A stretch of DNA of 63,070 nt, counting the filler, from Phoronis australis (taxonomy: Eukaryota > Animalia > Phoronida): the NCBI GenBank assembly GCA_002633005.1. It is 5 parts of 5 records of this genome, joined end to end, with 100 filler letters (N's around TTAATTAATTAA, not from the genome) between each part and the next. Parts side by side here need not be neighbours in the genome. Positions count along the whole stretch, not along the records: positions 54,785 to 59,014 come from NMRA01002655.1; positions 59,115 to 63,070 come from NMRA01002759.1; 3 more parts are not named here. One strand, written 5' to 3'. The position numbers and the translations under genes were made by a program. Below are positions 58,670-63,070 of the stretch, piece by piece; the stretch's first letter is position 1, and every line of letters begins with the position of its first letter. Below the pieces are notes generated by a model. That model was not told where the DNA came from and did not search any database. It saw only the letters and a program-made list of their open reading frames with translations.

Positions 58670-59014
58670 GAGGCTCCAATTACCAAATCCCATTTTTGTT
58701 GATACAGAAGGAGTTAAAAACTTTCTTGAACTAAATAAATCAAGTCTAACCGTGTTAAGTATTAACATTCAATCATTTAGCGCAAAATTCACTCAATTTG
58801 AATCATTCCTGCACAACATTCACTCTAAAGAATTATTTTTCGACATTATCTTAATACAAGAATAATGGTTAACCACGACCAGCTGCCTTTCAGTCTTTCA
58901 AATTGACGGTTACAACATGTACTCCAAGCCTGCATCTGGCTTATGTTCAACACACGGTGGCCTTATCACTTACGTAAATGATAATCTTCATGTCAAAAAA
59001 ATTCAAGTTCTTGA
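58670..59014 (+). mobile_element. LINE (CR1/L2-group) apurinic-like endonuclease fragment, cut by a gap
   Basis: LTVLSINIQSFSAKF...FDIILIQE*WL...IDGY...HGGLITYV, which are APE motifs with an in-frame stop. Confidence 0.75.
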
Positions 59015-62000
59015 NNNNNNNNNNNNNNNNNNNNNNNNNNNNNNNNNNNNNNNNNNNNTTAATTAATTAANNNNNNNNNNNNNNNNNNNNNNNNNNNNNN
59101 NNNNNNNNNNNNNNGTTTTATACGAATTTTTAAGGTTATGCAGGACTTTCGAAAACCGTTCAAATTTGGCTACCTTTGGAACATCATATCACAGAAATGC
59201 CTAATCGGATTCATGTGAACATTCTGTAAGGAATTCTTTCTAAAGTGTGTTATTTTGGAAGGAGTGTCTATCAAAAATAGGATTCGTGAGAAAACTAAAA
59301 AGAAATGATAATTTAGAAAAGTGTAACAGCGTTTTTGAGATTTCATCTTCAAAATTTGTGCTAAATGAAATTCGGCCGTGTTAATGATACCGTTGTTTTG
59401 TTATCAATGTACTTTTCTTTTTTGTGGATATGTTTTCAAAATACATTGACACGTGATCCAATTCATAGCAGATTGATAAAATATTAAAAATTAAGTTTCA
59501 AATGCTCCCTTCTTTCCCAAAATGTGTAATTTTACTGAGTTGAAATTTATAATTTTGTAAATATTTGGGTAAATACAAACTTGTCTTTAAGGCCCTACAT
59601 AACCTGACTGTTCCAACGTATGATGATTAAAAGTACATGGAAACAAGAAAAGAAAAGAAAAGAAAGACGATTTTAAGTAATAATTTACTATAATTTTTCA
59701 TTTACGATGCTATGTGCAATTATTCATTTAGTTTTCTTGTTGTAGTAGACAAATGTGCTTGACAAGAGATAAACTTGGGATTGTGTATGGGTGTTTCACA
59801 AAGGTTTGGTCGAATTCTGCATCGCCTAGAGCTGGAACAGCACAACGACTTGGTGTTGATCACCACGACCACTTTCATGACTGGTCACTGCATGTTGTCG
59901 CACGATCAATAATGATCGACTTCACGTGTCGCACGACGGATGTGCCATATCGTTCGTTCTACAGAGCGTGCAACTGAACCTGTCGCACGATTCCCTAAAT
60001 GCGCACAACCGGATCAGAATCAAAATAAATGCGCGGAGACTGGTCGTGCGACTCTGTATGATTGGGGGTTTACTCAAAGCATGTCGATGCAATTGGTCGA
60101 ATTCGAGTTTGGGAAACAGAGATTACACCTTGAACCATGATTGTGCCTCTCATCCGGGTTCTGTGACGAGAATGCGACAAGTTAACTTAACGTTATATGT
60201 AACAACTCAGACTTCAGTAGAATGTGTGATTTGTACTTAGCGAAAACAACACCGACGTTGTGGTCTTAATTTCCAGTTTGTGTGATACTTTGGTAAAAAC
60301 AATGGTAGATTTTACGTTTCTAGTTTTATTCATTGCTTGTGTTAATGTACGAATTACTGCGAAATAATTTGTTAAAAGGTATCATTTTGGTTGCGTGCCC
60401 TTCTCGTTCGTCCAGGCGAAGTGCACTACTGAGCTTGGTCCAGTGAATAACTTCCATTGCTTCATTACGTCATCAGTATGCGTGAACTGATTCAGCGTGA
60501 TGTCATTGTTCCAACTCTGCGCGCCTTATCCGTCGAATGTTTCCGGTCTCGGTTTGGTATTTACGCTTTCTCACGCATGCGGAGTCTATATAGATTACAT
60601 GCACTATGCTAGGACCACTGTTGTTTGTCATGAGAGCAATTAGACAACATGGGCGAAAATTTACCGGACAACGTCGCGGAAACTGGTGGGACAATCTGTG
60701 ATTTTTATTTTTAGAATGACGTGGTAAGATCGTCATCGAGCTTCGCTGTTCTGTTTTTGGTTAACAGAAACATCATGAAACCGATCGGGAGATCAAAACT
60801 GTGGTAGACACATCACAACGCACGTTAAGGCCATTAATTCCAGTTTTTGTGATTTCTTAAATAGCTCAAAAAACAGTACACAACACTTAAAGTTTTAGCG
60901 TTACAAAAAAAATAAATAAATACACCCTGTCCGTAATAAAATTGAATTCTGATTTATGAATTTGCTTAGTACGGAAATATGGGCTGTGTTTCATACATCA
61001 AGACATTCGCAAACCACCTGAAGTGAGAAATCACACATCGAGAGGAGACGGTGAATTCTAGCCCATAATTCAACACATTCAAACATAACTGACCAGACAC
61101 ATTTGTGAGTGGTCTTGGGCGATCTTGTTTTTCTTTAAGTTACTACGTAACGTCAACGGAACACACCCCTCAGCTGGCTGGCCGAGTTTTGTAGCTGTCT
61201 AACGTGCTCTCATTGAAAATACACGGTACAGTCTCGCGTTATCTCGCAAAGTCTTGGTGTTACTCGACTCTGGTCGTCACTTTGTTGCCGAGATCAAAGA
61301 CGACTTCCGAGCTTGGAATGAACTGGCAGTAGACCAAGCTAACTTGTCATTTGTGTCGGGCGGGTCATTTTATGAGCCAAATTTAGTCTCGAATACTACA
61401 CTAGGGCTGTTTTTCCCTACTGCGTGAGAAACTATTTGAGAATTTTAGTTTGAAAACTGGTCTAAATCAAAAGTAGACGCCCGTTTGCTTGTTTATAGCC
61501 ACATTAAATTCTAGAGAATGTCTTACTCTATCCTTTGAGTGTCAAGTGATGATGACTAAATGCTCTGGTTTAGACGAGGGAAGACTGAGAAATAAGAGAA
61601 TCGCCAAGTCCTTCCTTATGTGCTCTGACTGTCGTTGGAGTGCGAGTCCTCCCTGGGCTTCCATATATGCCCTGCGTATCTAGCACAAGTCCTTCTTGGC
61701 CATCCAGTTGGGCCTTGTTTGTGTAACATAGGATCGCCTCGGCTTTCCTTATGAATCCTTCCTGCAAACCTGACTGAACATACATTTCTCATTGAACATT
61801 CGCTGATGTACTGGTTACGCGTTCATATAGCTTCGATTTCAGTACAGTAAAATCAGAAGAAAATAACGGCACGTCTTCAACAATACCCCGAACGAAGCAT
61901 TTGAGGGCGGCGAGAAATTGTGACAACTTGGGAATGCCTGTGCTTAGATTCTTTGACAACAATGGCAGAAAATTATATCCGGCGGTGTCCTCAGAAAATT

Positions 62001-63070
62001 TTGAAACAGTGACCCCAGTGTCTGTGGAAAAGTTCAAAGCTGTGAAAACTCCGTAGTAAACAATCCATCTTTCGTCTGCATGTTATAGATTGGCGGGATA
62101 ATCATTGGGTTAAATTTTCGCTGGCCAGTGTTACACGTTTTGGGCCCCCGAACTAAAAAACCATCGACCTTCAAGAGTGTACGCCCCTCTTGCCCCCGAA
62201 CTAAAAAGCCATAGGCCCTCCAGAGAATACGCCCCTCTCAACATGATACTTTCTTGCCGTAGAATCAATTACACGCTAGTCAATGCTATTTGTTTTGACT
62301 CGGCTCAAAACAAACTGACCAGGGGCGGGTTCAGGTGTTCTAACTCGCACAACAAAACGCTCCCTTGTTGCATCTCGACACTGACACCGAGAGAATACAA
62401 TAGATCAAGACCGAGCGAGACATGCTGGAGACAGCGGCAGTCGGGCGAGCTGTGAAGACCTCTATTTCTGACAAAAGAACTGATCTCCATCTCATTTTCC
62501 TCTCGTTATCTTATAGGTGTTCCATTGAAGGCTTGACGCGTTAATAATACTCACTTTGAATGCTACCTCCCTCCTTAACGAGTCAAGAACAAACAGTATG
62601 CTTTTTGGTTCGTCCGTTGTCAGTTAGCGCAGCACGATACCTATCTCAGATTGAAGACAGAAAATTGAAATCTTTTGATTTCACATATGTGCTACAAGGC
62701 ACCAGTTCAGTGCCGTATAATGTGGCAGGTACGCTAAGAATATGAACTTGTTTAACAGAAATATTTGTTTTTGTGTCCTCTATTATGGCCGCTGGCTGAA
62801 ACGAATCGGACGACTGTTGACAAATCAATTGTAGACGCCATAATTCGAGAAGTGAATTTAGTGTATTGTTTGGTCATTTTATGTTATTTGTTTGGCCGTG
62901 TGCGATCAAGATTTAACTAGTTTGATTACAGAGGGTGTATTATCCAAAAATAACATCTTTATAAGAAAGCTGTTGTATATCAAATAGTGCATTGTTGACA
63001 ATTCTTACCCTCACAATCATTGAGACAAAATTATGATTATGAACTGTCGAATACGGACAACAGCACTACA

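Noticed and set aside
59890-60055. Repeated tgtcgcacga motifs
   Set aside because: Probably subterminal repeats of a decayed MITE, but no termini or TSD could be defined.

Overview
This is a gapped eukaryotic scaffold, AT-rich and probably from an invertebrate animal. It is not prokaryotic, and I found no rRNA, tRNA or CRISPR array. Two spliced host genes can be reconstructed by hand. The first is a complete TRAF6 orthologue on + (6 coding exons, 27501-46810, about 591 aa; RING, zinc fingers, coiled coil, MATH). The second is a convergent PCBD (pterin-4a-carbinolamine dehydratase/DCoH) gene on - (3 exons seen, 52667-50168; start exon not found). Most of the rest is transposon debris: a 5'-truncated Hero-type RLE non-LTR retrotransposon with a 29-bp TSD, several THAP-domain DNA transposon relics including a TIR-bounded Kolobok-like element, LINE fragments, MITEs and a HINE/DINE-like element. 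There are also a diverged ~3.4-kb segmental duplication, minisatellites and a few orphan or degenerate exons. The most unusual signals are (1) a hammerhead-core-like RNA in non-canonical order in the retrotransposon 3' UTR, (2) a Penelope-style minimal hammerhead-like motif, (3) a strong-context overlapping uORF over the TRAF6 start and an EVYDDV-bearing insert in TRAF6, and (4) an orphan exon resembling solute-binding (PBP2) proteins. All family assignments rest on motif recognition by eye, not on database searches.
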